From contig CBDBCZ010000009.1 in NCBI GenBank assembly GCA_965203295.1, forward strand, positions 224,001 to 288,000: 64,000 nt of DNA. The letters are read 5' to 3'. The notes beneath the pieces were generated by a model that made no database searches, had not been told where the DNA came from, and worked only from the letters and a program-made list of their open reading frames with translations. The DNA is from Nitrospirales bacterium. GTDB taxonomy: Bacteria; Nitrospirota; Nitrospiria; Nitrospirales; UBA8639. Below are positions 13,106-25,279 of this stretch, piece by piece. The number at the start of each line of letters is the position of its first letter. Positions within the stretch are counted from its first letter, which is position 1. The translations under genes were made by a program, and so were the position numbers.

Positions 13106-13329
13106 ACGTACTCCACAAGTGTATTTCTTATTGACTCGCTTACACTATCGACGGCAGTTAGTACGTAGTATCTCTAACCATCCAATGGCCAATACTAGTG
13201 GCCAAGATCCTGAGAGGCTCAATGTTCAACATCACTTTCTCGTGAGGGGGCAGCTCACGAGTGCATTAGACCTGCGGACTGAATATATTTTTGCACAGGA
13301 TGTACATACCAGCAGCCTGCTTTGAGCAC

Positions 13330-13590
13330 TACACTGCAGTGAAGGCATTTCAAGTTGACTTGGTCAAGGCACTGATTGGAGACTAGTATTGTCGGAAACA
13401 TGCCAGCTGTCCATCATTGCCTTTGTCAGCTTGGAGGACCACTTGCCAGTGAGAGGAGCAGACCAGCCTCACCAACGCTACTATGACTACCATCACAGGG
13501 GAAAGGAGGCACGAAACTATACTGCAGCGGCTGCTAAGTTTCCTGCACCACCATGATACAGAAAGCAGTGATTTACTCCTGTACACTGTC
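13330..13590 (+). pseudogene. Decayed piggyBac-like transposase C-terminus
   Basis: AFQVDLVKALIGD*YCRK..HLPVRG..RHET.. resembles the piggyBac C-terminal/Cys-rich region; heavily degenerate. Confidence 0.35.
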
Positions 13591-13868
13591 TCGAACTGTT
13601 TTGTTCCACTTCTTGTACGTAGTTCAGAAACTCACCTTGCTTCCTTAGTGGTAATGCACTGCTGTATGTAACTGCATAACCTGGAGCTACAAGCCACTAT
13701 AGCCAAGCTGCATGGCATTATACAATGAGGCAGCTAAAAAATTGGTATACAGATGATATTATTTTAAAGTAGCCAAGCGAAGCAGCTATTATTGTGAGTA
13801 CTTTGTCATAGTATCCTGTATTTGTGGTAAGTAATAATCTTTCCTTTTTTTTCTCTCCGCACTATTAG

Positions 13869-13964
13869 AATCTCACCCTCCACTACCTCACTGATGGAAG
13901 TTATGTTCTCCAGTTCTCAAAAAACAAGCAGATGTTTTATATTCCAGCTGTTTTCATTCTTAAG
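13869..13964 (+). CDS. POLR1B: RNA polymerase I second-largest subunit, exon
   Basis: ttAG|NLTLHYLTDGSYVLQFSKNKQMFYIPAVFILK|GTttgc; 96 nt, phase 0/0. Confidence 0.9.
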
Positions 13965-14061
13965 GTTTGCACCCTAGAAATGTAAATGTATGTGTACATC
14001 TGTAAGCCACTCACTCAATACTGACTCGTGGACCTATTTGTCTGTCTCTTGAATTTTGCAG

Positions 14062-14138
14062 GCCCTCATTGAAACTACCGATGTTCACATCTACAATGAA
14101 ATGATAAAGGGGAATGAAAACGATACGTTTTTGAAAGG
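14062..14138 (+). CDS. POLR1B: RNA polymerase I second-largest subunit, exon
   Basis: tgcAG|ALIETTDVHIYNEMIKGNENDTFLKG|GTatgt; 77 nt, phase 0/2. Confidence 0.9.
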
Positions 14139-14503
14139 GTATGTTTTGTGTGAGTCTGAAGTTCAAATTCTGATGATTCAGCATATAACTGCTAGTACAG
14201 TGATATGAACTACAAATTCTGTGCACAGTCCAAAATTATGTAATCCATCAATGCTCACCTTATACATGCGCACAGGATTATCATTTTGGTGGCTTAAATT
14301 TGGTTTCAAGGTACTGTAAGCAGTCCAGATGTGGCTATGTCTGCAAGCTACGTACCTGCATTGTGTGCACATATACTGTTTCTTTTTACCTCAATTCTTA
14401 CATGCTTGTTAAAGAATATGGATAGCACTAGAATAGTGGCATTGTCGTGCTTGTGTACAGTACTTTATGTAGATGTGTTCTGCCATGCCGCCCTGCACTG
14501 CAG

Positions 14504-14650
14504 CTGTGTGGCTTCCATGCTTCGCTTGTCCCTGGCTGAGAGCCTCAACACCCAGCAGGCAGCACTGCAGTACATCGGGGAGAGACTGAGAGTGCGGGCC
14601 GAGCTACCGGATTGGACCTCTGATGTACATGTTGCCAGATACCTGCTCAA
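14504..14650 (+). CDS. POLR1B: RNA polymerase I second-largest subunit, exon
   Basis: tgcAG|CVASMLRLSLAESLNTQQAALQYIGERLRVRAELPDWTSDVHVARYLLK|GTacgt; 147 nt, phase 2/2. Confidence 0.9.
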
Positions 14651-14823
14651 GTACGTATGTGTGTACGTACATGTGTACACTTCGTGTGCTTGTGTGGAGG
14701 TTGTACATATGTTTGTGTGTGGCAAACAGTCTGCATGTAGGGAACTGGTACTTTTCCAGCCCTTGGAGTAATTAGTTTTATGCCCAGACCTTGTCTCCTC
14801 CCTCTCACTGAAATGGTCTAATA

Positions 14824-15164
14824 CCGTAATTTAGGAAAAATTTGCGTTACAAAATTTCATACGATAAATTTTCAGGTTAAAAATTTTCCGTAGAAATTCT
14901 CACGCTAAGTAATTATTTTCGATCGAGTAAAATTTGACGTCACTGAGCGCTTGAGAGACCCTCAAGACAGCTTCTTATAGACATCTTGACACAGATCCTC
15001 TCGCTCACTGCACTCGATTCAGCTTTAGACTGTTGACTTCTGTGTACATGTCACTTTGAACCATGAATTTTCGCCATTTGAATAATTATCTGTGGAAATT
15101 TTTGTGTTTTAATTTTCGTAGCCGTGGAGGCCTACGAAAATATTTTAACGCCGACAAATTACGG
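14824..15164 (-). mobile_element. MITE / deletion derivative of the pogo element at 7701-10072
   Basis: Left part matches 7701-7870, right part matches ~9885-10072; TA on the left flank. Confidence 0.9.
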
Positions 15165-16489
15165 TTGTCACTTAGTGAAAAAGTTTGTTGCACCCACACA
15201 TCCTCATTACAGTAAGATTTGCACTTATTGAGTGAAATGAATCTGTTACAAGCCATGAAAGTGGTGGCATTTGTTTTATGCACTGAGTCTCTTGGCTAAT
15301 ACTGCTCTTCATGCTGCTTAAATGTATCTAGATCAATTAAACCACGGTGTGTACTTAGGATGGTAAGTTACTATTACAACTAACTACACACAAGAAGGAA
15401 CGGTTATAGAGATTGTAGTAAGCTTTAATACAGCTTGGAAGCTTGAAGTAATGACACATTTTGTACTATCATGTGTGCTGCTTGTGACATCATTTAGAGG
15501 ACAGTGCAGATAGAAAACGGTAATTTCTACAAATGTGGAGGCTGTTAACAGAGGGCCTTTTTAAGGCAGCAGCTTGTAACATGCCTCTAAAATTCAGTAG
15601 ACTCGTTCATCGAGAATATAGAATACACATTCGGGTGAGTAGCGTGTTTTGTATTTTACAGCTAGCTTAGCTTAGCTTCTAGGCTTTTGTATACCTTCTT
15701 ATGAGTTGCTACTGTGAAAAGGCCGTCTTTAGCCTTCATGAAAACCGTTTTTTTTTCCACTCTGCTCTCCAACAAATGATGTCACAGAAGCTCACTTGAT
15801 AGTTTCTAAAATAGGTCATTAAAGCACTTCCATTACTTTTGGACTAAGTGTATTAGACTGTTTCGGCCCGGGAGAGGAGCCAAGGTCTGCATGAGCACGA
15901 GATACTGAGTGATATTCTGTTACGGTCACACATTATACAGCAGTTGATCATTTAACTCATTGCACGCCGTACGCCACTTAACTAGATATTACGTAATCGT
16001 CGCGCAATGCCGCACGCCAGTATACTGGATATTACTATACCGCGTATGATCGCCTCGCTACAGCGACTAAAAAGGGGCGCCCCTACAGCCAAACTGTAAT
16101 GACAACAATAATAAGTGAGTAATAATGATGTAAGCATAGCGAGAATAGCACGAAAGCGCTAAAATTGTATGCGCATTACAGCTGCATGCGAGCAACAATG
16201 GCTAGCTACACTGCTGCAGAAGCACTCGATTTGATCTTGGGTAGCTCAAAGGATCTTGAATCTGGGCTGACATCGAGGAAGACCCTCTTTTTCCACTGCC
16301 ACGGCTGGATGACTCTGGGGACGATTCAGAGGTGGAGGAGGAGTGTACTGATGAGTCTGGCGAAGAGGACGGCAGATCTGAGGAGGATGAAATAGAATCA
16401 CCCGAGGATGCAGGTAGACTAAAAATATTTAGCTCAATATTATAAGCAGGTAGAAATACATATATCCACCAATATGTACAGGTTCAGGT

Positions 16490-17020
16490 AGGCCTTGGAG
16501 CTACCGCAGATTTCGTTGGCCTTGGAGCTCCCGAAGATGTCGCAGGCCTTGGAGCTCCCGGACAAGTCACAGGCCTTGGAGCACCCGGCGATGTCGCAGG
16601 CCTTGGAGCTCCCAGAGATGTCGCAGGCCTTGGAGCTCCCAGAGATGTCACAGGCCTTGGAGCTCCCGGAGATGTCGCAGGCCTTGGAGCTCCCGGAGAT
16701 GTCACAGGCCTTGGAGCTCCCGGAGATGTCACAGGCCTTGGAGCTCCCAGAGATGTCACAGGCCTTGGAGCTCCCGGAGATGTCGCAGGCCTTGGAGCTC
16801 CCGAAGATGTCACAGGCCTTGGAGCACCCGGAGATGTCACAGGCCTTGGAGCACCCGGAGATGTCACAGGCCTTGGAGCTCCCGGAGATGTCGCAGGCCT
16901 TGGAGCTCCCGGAGATGTCACAGGCCTTGGAGCTCCCGGAGATGTCGCAGGCCTTGGAGCTCCCGGAGATGTCGCAGGCCTTGGAGCTCCCGGAGATGTC
17001 GCAGGCCTTGGAGCTCCCGG
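16490..17020. repeat. 27-bp minisatellite (GCAGGCCTTGGAGCTCCCGGAGATGTC)n in the piggyBac 5' coding region
   Basis: About 19-20 tandem units. Confidence 0.97.
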
Positions 17021-17936
17021 AGCTCGTGGTGGCCGAGGAGCTCGCGGAGGCCGAGGAGCTCGCGGAGGTCGAGGGGTTCGCAGAGGTCGAGGAGTTCGCA
17101 GAGGTTGAGGAGCTCGTGGAGGCCCCAGTACACAGATCCGTGGACGTGGTCATGGTCGTACTTCAGCTCCAAAACGCCCTCGGAATTTCATTCCGAGCAC
17201 TCTTCCTTGGGAGAAACTTGACCCCAACACTGACCGGTCACCACGCCCACTGGTGTTCACATCACCAACTGGTCCTAATGTCCCTATGACCCCCACCTCT
17301 CGTGTTGAAGACTTCTTTGACCACTTCTTCGACCAGGATTTTCTTGGCTCGATACTGGAGGAGACAAACAGCCAAAGCGCCAGCCCCAGCTCTAGCCCCA
17401 GCCACAGCCAAAGCGCCAGCTCCAGCCCCAGCCCCAGCCAAAGCGCCAGCCCCAGCCACAGCCAAAGCGCCAGCTCCAGCCCCAGCCCCAGCCGAAGCGC
17501 CAGCCCCAGCCCCAGCCACAGCCAAAGCGCCAGCTCCAGCCCCAGCCACAGCCAAGGCCCCAGCCCCAGCCCCAGCCCCAGGAAACTCTGGGCCACCACT
17601 GGGCCCATGGCACTGGTGAGTGCATTGCACCAGGGAACATACATGTACATGTACTAGAGCATGGAGTAGGCTCTAAAATGCTTCACTGCTACCTCTAGCA
17701 AGTTTTGTTTTGTTTTCTCTAGCAATTTTACTGGTTTTCATTATACTTTTTTTGGATTCCAGCCACCTCACCGCTCACCAAGCTCCAGCCCCAGCTCCAA
17801 CCCAAGCTCCAGCACAAACCCCAGCCCAAACCCCAGTCCCTCACCACCACAAGCCAGCAGGTAGGTACATGTACATGTAGGTGTATGAGCAGTGAGAGCA
17901 GCTGTTGTCTAGCCTACTTGAGTTAGATGGCTATCA

Positions 17937-18414
17937 CAGTACTAAGTACCAGAGGAGGTTGGACACGGTCATGTGACATATGCGCGTACGCGATTCTCTA
18001 CGGATATTTCTGTATATAAAAGCGCTAAAAAAATTTCTCGTTAGTCTTTAAGCGTATCCCCAAGGAATAGACATCTTTCGAAAGCGCTCCCGAAGTAGAT
18101 TCAGAATATCTCGCCAACCCCGTTCAACCCCTAGGTCATTGCAGAGCTACGGTCGTTTAAATATCTAGCTTTCGGCAAGGCGAGACTGCATACTGGATTC
18201 TATCTAATAACGAAAAGATGCTGCCCGTATAGGTCTGTTCCAGCCATCTTGCAGCAATCTACAGGCTATTGCAGCTTTTAACCTAGCTTTGCTTACCTTC
18301 TCAGTGAGCTAATTGCATGCTGGAATGCAACGTGGAATGTAATAAAGTGCAGCAAAAGGCACGTGACAGTGCACGTTAATGAATGCGTGTCCAACCTCCT
18401 CTGACTAAGTACTG
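17937..18414. mobile_element. Tc1/mariner-type MITE
   Basis: ~30-bp imperfect TIR CAGTACTwAGT..CAGAGGAGGTTGGACACG; TA on right flank. Confidence 0.85.
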
Positions 18415-18469
18415 TAGTACTCAGATTTCAGATAAGTGGTGTGAAAAATTGATGACCATTCCCATCTGC

Positions 18470-18778
18470 AGCATGAACTTCAGCCCTGCACCTGGGGTGA
18501 CAGTGGAGGGGATTATGGCCCACTATCACTCCGTCAGCCAGGCTGGGCGGATGGCCATCCATCTGGCCCTACATTTTTTTTTTGGGCCAGATGTGATGTA
18601 TTTTAGTACTGTGAAGGGTGCAGGTTCAAAGTCTGCCCTCGACCCCCAGAAACTAAAACAGATTGAATTGTTAATTCTGCAAAAATTTGGAAGAAGACTG
18701 TCGCAAGTTGACAGGATAGCGCTCTGGTCATGGTGCAGAACTGCTATTGGGCAAAAGTGCAAATCCCTACGCAAGTGA
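18470..18778 (+). CDS. BEN-like domain exon of a passenger gene, preceded by Ser/Pro-rich exons (17372-17615, 17763-17840)
   Basis: AGRMAIHLALHFFFGPDVMYFSTVKG..ALDPQKLKQI..LWSWCRTAIGQKCKSLRK fits the BEN pattern (L...F....L..ST..G...LDP.KL..I...W......I..KC..R); 5' end of gene deleted. Confidence 0.55.
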   Translation, partial: SMNFSPAPGVTVEGIMAHYHSVSQAGRMAIHLALHFFFGPDVMYFSTVKGAGSKSALDPQKLKQIELLILQKFGRRLSQVDRIALWSWCRTAIGQKCKSLRK

Positions 18779-19146
18779 CTCTAGGGATTTGCACTTTGCG
18801 GTATAGCAGTTGTGCACCGTGACCGTAGTAGGCTTCGCTATTTCCTGTACATGTAGGTAAATATTTAGTGTACTGTACATGTACCTTGTAATGCTAAACT
18901 GTTTTTTTTTGTACATGTGTATGGGCATTGTATTATGGTGTATATCCTTCACATAATGGTAAACCTTTTAGCGATACCTGAGCAAATATGCGATCGCTAC
19001 CACAAATCTGATGCGTGATTGAATGTTAATGTATTGTACATGTACATGTAATGCCAAAGCAACAATAACGCATGTGTAATAGGTATATACATGTACATGT
19101 AAAAGTATGCACTAAACAGTAGAGTACACGTCATGTATATTGTATG

Positions 19147-20124
19147 TTAATATCCTGTAGCTGCTCCATTGACTGCAATTACTTTAGGGATCACTTTTCG
19201 AAGGTGGTAAATATAGTTACAACACTTAGCAGCAGTTACTGTATCCCAAAACTGTGTAATTCCTGAAATCAGTTCTGACTTGGAATGTGGTTTGACCTCA
19301 CGGCGAATAAATTCTTTAAGTTCATGCCACAAATTCTCGATTGGATTCATGTCAGGAGATTCCGGTGGTGTTTTCCACCAGTTTATTTCCTCATCTTCAA
19401 AAATTTAACAGCTTTCCGAGAGGTGTGCTTTGGGTCATTGTCTTGCATTAGTCTATGGGAATTTGGAAATTTGTTGGCAACGAATCTCAAAAGGCCCTGT
19501 TGTAGTATTTCTATGTATAGATAGGCATAGTCCCTTCTTAGTGATTCCATCCCATACGTGGACTTTTATGGGATGCTTTGGGCGTGGTTTCAAAACTGCT
19601 GGCTCTCCCTTCTTCCTGTATGAATGCCTTCTATGACTTTCTAACTGTATGCTTGATTCATCTGTCCGAATAACATCATCAAAGCCACTGGCTTCAATCT
19701 CAGGTAAGTATTTGATTGCCCACTGCAAACGCTTCACTTTGTTTTCATTTCGAATGACCTGACAATATTTCGACCCCCTAAAGGTCCAGCCAAGGATTTG
19801 GCGGCTACGCAATATGGTTGCGAAACAGATATTCTCTCCATGATTGCTAAGGAGATTATGCAACTGAACTGCTGTCATTTCATCATCGTCTCTCATAGCT
19901 TGATCCACAAGCGTAAGTACAGCGTCAGTGATTTTCGTGGGTCTCCCTGACCCTTCCTTGCGAGTAATCACACCAAAATGGAGGTAGTATTTTAGAAATC
20001 GTGCGACTGTTTGCCGACAACATGTAATACCTTCTAGCCGTAATTCTCCATATATTTCAGCGGGCCTAAACCCTGCTCTGTAGTGGTAGATAATCCTCTG
20101 CTTTTCATAAGTAGAGAGCACCAT
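19147..20124 (-). pseudogene. Tc1 DD34E transposase, frameshifted
   Basis: HTH..GSGRPTK; RTDESS, LMQDNDPKH, PESPDMNPIENLW; 34 residues between second D and E after repairing one frameshift. Confidence 0.92.
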
Positions 20125-20790
20125 TTTGTTCTAGAAGGTCATGATGTAGTAAATTAATTTCTTATACATTTCCAACAAAAAGCTCAGACCTTTGGCATAA
20201 TTTCCTATGTACATGTAGCAGCAAAGGAAATCAATAAATTATGTATGGCTTGCACTACCTTGTTACAAACTATACCAGTTAGCTAGTCTCGTTCCCAACA
20301 CGCCCCCGTCGAAGGTACAATACATACCTACATGTACATGCAGTGTCACTTACCACTATGGTCCACAAAACTTCAGGCACGTAAGTGTAGCTGCAAGCAA
20401 ATACCGGTTCACGTGAAGACCAAATGCACTCACGTGTCTCTAATGTCTGTTAATTAACTTCTGGTACCGCCCATCAGATTAGACTGCAAGCTAAATAGCT
20501 TACTGAGATTTTGTATCTGCATACAGATCGAGACTACTGTAGATCGTGATTGTACTCACGTTATAATACACGGATGCAAGGGCTAATCATATTTGGAGCC
20601 ATTCTGAGCCATTCTGCCACGGTTGCTCGATTAGACTGCAGCATACTGTGAGATTTTGCATCTGCATACAGATCGAGACTAGATCGTGATATATTGTAAT
20701 ATAAGGATGCAAGGGCTTACCATATTTGGAGCCATTTTTGCCACAGTTGCTCAGATGTGAAAATTGTACACGTATTACGTGTAAGTGTAA

Positions 20791-21232
20791 TTGGGCGAGC
20801 GTGAGCGAGCCCCACACTAGTGTGTTCAATTGCAAGTTTGTCTGTGCGTACGGTGTACGTACGTACGTCCGTACGTACGCACATACCGCATATCATTTCG
20901 CGTTTCAATATAACGTTTCAAATAGTTTCCGTAATATTCCAAATTGTTCACGTGGCCACGGTGGCTGCAGTGCAGCTAGCTTAGGGATGCTCTCACAGAG
21001 TAGACGGCAGCGGCAAAGGCTACAGCGTTGCCGTATGTTGGCGATAAGTCACATTGGAACAGCAGAGAGGGAGTTCTAGAGCCAGAAGAGTTGTTATTTC
21101 TCCAGGCCATCGACAGTGACACTGAGACGAGAGAAGGAGCCAAAAGAGCTGCTGAGGGCGCGTCGCCGCTAACGTACGCATGGGCTAATACCTCGCTCAC
21201 GCTCGCCCCACAATGCTTTGCATTCACCTAGT
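20791..21232 (+). mobile_element. Helentron/HINE-like non-autonomous element
   Basis: 17-bp subterminal inverted repeat GGGCGAGCGTGAGCGAG (20793-20809/21192-21208), internal CGTA microsatellite, 3' hairpin AATGC-TTT-GCATT, ends CTAGT. Confidence 0.75.
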
Positions 21233-23646
21233 TCGTAGTACGGCCTGTAGTGCGCTGTCCGAGTACAAATGTACGTACGTACGTACGTACGCGTGCGGTT
21301 ACTACGTTTTGTTTACGCTGCGCAACGCCGTAATACGAGCGTTAGTACAGCGGAAGGTGTAATGTAAACTACGCTGTAATACCGCCGTACACAGCTACAG
21401 ATTATGCAAGCCGTAGCAGCAGTACAAATTTCGTACCGTAATCGTACCACAACGTAATTGCGGTGCATTTTTTTTGAGGGGTACTGTATATAAGCTACTA
21501 CTAACTCAGGTACGCTGATGAGCGCCTCCGTGAGCTAGAAGCTGAGGAGAAGCTCACACCAAGGTCGCGATTCGCCAAGTGGAAGCCAGTGACCATTAGC
21601 GATCTCCACGGCTTCTTTGCGATCGTGATGAACATGGGGCTCATCCACCTTCCAGAGCTGGAGGACTACTGGAAGACGTCCTGGACGTGCGAGATCCCTT
21701 TCTTTGGACGAGTTCTCCCAAGGAACCGATTTGAGGAGATATTTTGGATGCTCCACGTCAGCCATACCGAGCCAGGGCAACCAGTCCTGAAGGTTGACAA
21801 GGTGCAGGCCATTCTTCAGCATCTCATCATGAAGTTTCAGTCGAGCTACCACCCCGGTTGCAATATCGCCATCGACGAAACCATGGTCAGCTTCAGAGGG
21901 CGTTTTGCGGCTGAGCAGTATATGCCGAAGAAGCCGACTAAATGGGGTGTGAAAGCTTTCACGATGGCCGACAGCTCGAATGGATATCTTCTCAATATCC
22001 TCCTCTACACCGGCCGAGCAACACTGCGAGAAGCAAGCTCAGAGTTCTCAGGCCTGCCACAGCCAGCTCAGGTTGTGATGCATGTCATCGGCTCGTATCT
22101 GGATCGTGGTCATCACCTTTTCACGGACCGATATTACACCAGCGTCCCACTTGCCTACGCCCTCCGTGACCACAACACCTCATTCACGGGAACCTCCAAC
22201 AGAAACCGAGTCGACTTGCCGGATGACATTCGTCTGCTGCGGCAACTGAAGGGCGGCGAGATGGTGAGCTACCGCACCAACAAGCTGCTGGCTCTGGCTT
22301 GGCAGGCAGAGAAGCGCAACAAGCCCGTGTTCATGCTGAGCACAGAATCGTCAGCCGCCTGGGTAACCGTGCCATCGCAGAACTCCTACAACCCTCCCAC
22401 ACGAAAGCCATCTGCTGTTCACCTGTACAATAACAACCAACATGAACGGTGTGGATAGAGCAGATCAGCTTGCGGTGTACTATTCCTTCGAGAGGAAAAC
22501 ACGGAAGTGGTGGAGAAAGGTGTTCTTCTGGCTGATGGAGACGACCATTGTGAACAGCTACGTCATCTACCACGAAGTAGCAGAAGACCCTTGCTCCCAC
22601 CTCACTTACCGCCGGAGGGTCCTCGAGATTTTGGCCACTAGGTGCGTCAGTAGTGCCCCTCCTCGTCCTCGTGCTGGCCGTCCAAGCAAGAGGCCCCGTC
22701 TGGAAGACGCTCCCGAACGCCTCAACCAGAATCTGCATGTGATGGGCAAGAGGGAGCAGCTGATGGACTGCATTGTGTGCAGCACGCAGGTTGTGGGAGG
22801 AAGGCACAGGACAGTATATTACTGTAAAACTTGTCCTGGTGACCCGACGCTCCACCCAGACACATGTTTCGAGAAGTATCATACACGCTTCAACTATCAA
22901 GTGTAAATAGTTACGGTTGTTTGTGCTAACTTATTGGATGTTGCTGTTGCTGTATATTATATCTCCTAGTTACTACAGTTATGGTTACTCTACTGATCTC
23001 GGTCTGTCATCACAATGCTTCACTTAAACTAATCTCACAAGGCCAATTTTACTACCCTGCTTCTGTATTTGTTGTAGCTTGGCCTCCCTACTACTCTAGC
23101 CCCCCAAACATATTTAGCTACCGAGTTATCACATACTTGCATCGGTAACAGCTACACTTTCGTGTCTCAAACTACAATGGAAGGTTTGTTCTGTTTGCTC
23201 AGCTATTAAGTATCACCCCAAGAAGCTTAGCGGCGAACCTTCTCCGCCAAAACTTTGACCTACCCTCCACCCGCCATATTGAACTTACCAATGACGAACG
23301 AATCCATTCAAAACAGCTCGCCTCGGAGTAATCCTCTCTTCTGTTCGCTCTGAATGGCAAGATCAACAACTTCTTTCATCAAGAGCGGTAAAAATCGGAC
23401 GTCTCCTAGACGTGGGGAGCGAGAAAACGGCCGCCTTCGAGCGCCTTCTTCAACGTCCTCCATTTTTTTGAAAAATTGACGCATGGAGGATCACGCGTGT
23501 TACGTAATTACGGCGTGCAATGAGTTAACTTTAAGATGCAGTAGTTTAAAATGTAGTATTAGTTTGTTTGCCTATTGCATGCATGTGGTGCTGGCACCTA
23601 CATGTACTCCATTGGTTTAGCTATCATGGTGATCTCGTCCATGTAG

Positions 23647-23700
23647 GGAGCTAGTGTTGGTACATCTGGAGAGGAACATTGACAAGTTCAACATGCTCAT
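23647..23700 (+). CDS. POLR1B: RNA polymerase I second-largest subunit, exon
   Basis: tgtAG|ELVLVHLERNIDKFNML(I)|GTgagt; 54 nt, phase 2/2. Confidence 0.88.
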
Positions 23701-25161
23701 GTGAGTTGTCTGGGGGACATGGTGGAGCCTTTACCTCGCTGTTGTGGCCAGTGATGATTCATAGGAGACGGGCGGACTGAGGTGAACTCTGCTGATTGTC
23801 TCTTTTGCTGAGGCCATGTCTGCGTTTAATTATTAATTTTGACAGAGAATTATGAATCTTTGGTTATCAAAACCTGTTGATCACTCAGCACACCATAAAA
23901 TTGCAGTAGTAGTAGCATGAGTGGAAGAGCCAAAAACGTATCTCTGAAGCAGTTTACTGAAAACGGTCCAACCAGATGGCTTTGAAGGACAACCTAGATG
24001 TATGCTGGATTTAGCTTGTTACTAAGGCTTTTAACCACAAGTTTGCAATGGCTATAATTCAAAATTACAGAGTGTTTTCCTGTAAGGAATCAAGAAACAA
24101 GTGTGGACTGGTGTAGCATCATTCCTAGTACCCCGCTTTGTTTGGGGGGAAATGGAGGGCCTGGTACATAGAGTCAGTCATTATCATGTATACATCACTA
24201 TGCGTGGGTAGGGTAGGGACTGGTTTGAAAAAAAAGCAACATTTCTCTCTGTTTGCCAGAGACTTTGTTTCAGCACTTTGTTTGGTTACACAAAGGTAAA
24301 ACGGAGGGCCTGTTAAATAAAGTCCTGTCCAATGGTGTGAGGCCATGAATGACTGTGCATTTTTACAAATTCCAACACCGTGCATGGTATTATCTCAGCA
24401 ATTGCCAACAAGTAGAGTAAGTAACGATGATCGACCACCAAGTATATTCAGACCTGTTAAATTACCAGAGGTGAAGGGTTCATTCTCATCAATTCCCACT
24501 TTGTCAATTTCACTTTATCCACATTAAGTTGGAATTCGCAAAATGAGAAGTTGACAAAGAGGGAATTGACCATATCTGCCTTCTGCAACATGAAGGAATG
24601 TTGGAATGAATGTCCCATGCATGGATTGTTCGGAACTGTCCTAGGCTGCTAACCTTGTTTGTTTGTTTACTCGCATTCCTGTTGCTTTCATTGAACTTTG
24701 TCATCATTACGAGTTTTTTCTCTGTAATTTTTTCCCTTAATTGGAAAAGAAAGAAGTTTCAGGAGAGTGAAGTGATTTAGCATGAGTAGTCAGGTAGTTT
24801 GTATCTAGTAGCATCAGGGAGAGGAACCCAACATAGATTGTTGGTCAATTCTCATTTTTGTCAACTTCTCACTTTCTAAATTGTCAATTCACTTCAAGTG
24901 TCATGTCATTTCAAGCAAAATTAAATGATACTTGCATCTTTGATGACACTTTTACCTTAGTTCTGATTGACAGGACATTATTTTGTGGGCCAATTGCTGC
25001 AATTTTCATGCTGTTCATTTGGAGTTTTCTAGCTGGTGTCTACCAGTGGTCATGCATATGGACCAGGCCTTTTGTACTGGAAGTAACAGAATCTGGGGAA
25101 GGCCCCTGGGAATTAAGCTAAGTAATAACAGTATATGTTACTTGCGCATGCACACATACAG

Positions 25162-25279
25162 CTTCATGACTCGCAAGCTATACGCTATGGCATCTGGCAA
25201 GTGCGCCCCAGAGTCACCCGATTCCCCCATGAACCAGGAGGTGTTGCTGGGAGGACATCTCTACCTCATGGTCCTCAAG
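25162..25279 (+). CDS. POLR1B: RNA polymerase I second-largest subunit, exon (last seen in window)
   Basis: tacAG|FMTRKLYAMASGKCAPESPDSPMNQEVLLGGHLYLMVLK|GTcagt; 118 nt, phase 2/0; MTRKL..D..NQEVL motif of RPA2. Confidence 0.92.

Larger units (their letters stand above)
17372..21486 (-). mobile_element. Tc1-type transposon nested in a piggyBac intron, one end deleted
   Basis: Right terminus reads CAGTACCCCTCAAAAAAAA.. on the minus strand with TA at 21487-21488; DD34E transposase inside; left TIR absent. Confidence 0.8.
16198..22906 (+). pseudogene. piggyBac transposase, multi-exon and disrupted
   Basis: Acidic N-terminus from ATG 16198; [12 protein letters not shown] (to 17371) resumes as RYA..WKPVT at 21510; IAIDETMV, LFTDRYYTS, MNGVDRADQ triad; Cys-rich CIVCS..YYCKTC..CFEKYH; frameshift near 22440. 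Confidence 0.92.
15956..23524 (+). mobile_element. piggyBac transposon with nested insertions
   Basis: Perfect 16-bp TIR CTCATTGCACGCCGTA; TTAA at 15952-15955 and 23525-23528; transposase inside. Confidence 0.95.

Noticed and set aside
16440..17650. Minus-strand repetitive ORFs
   Set aside because: Antisense shadows of the minisatellite and the Ser/Pro repeat
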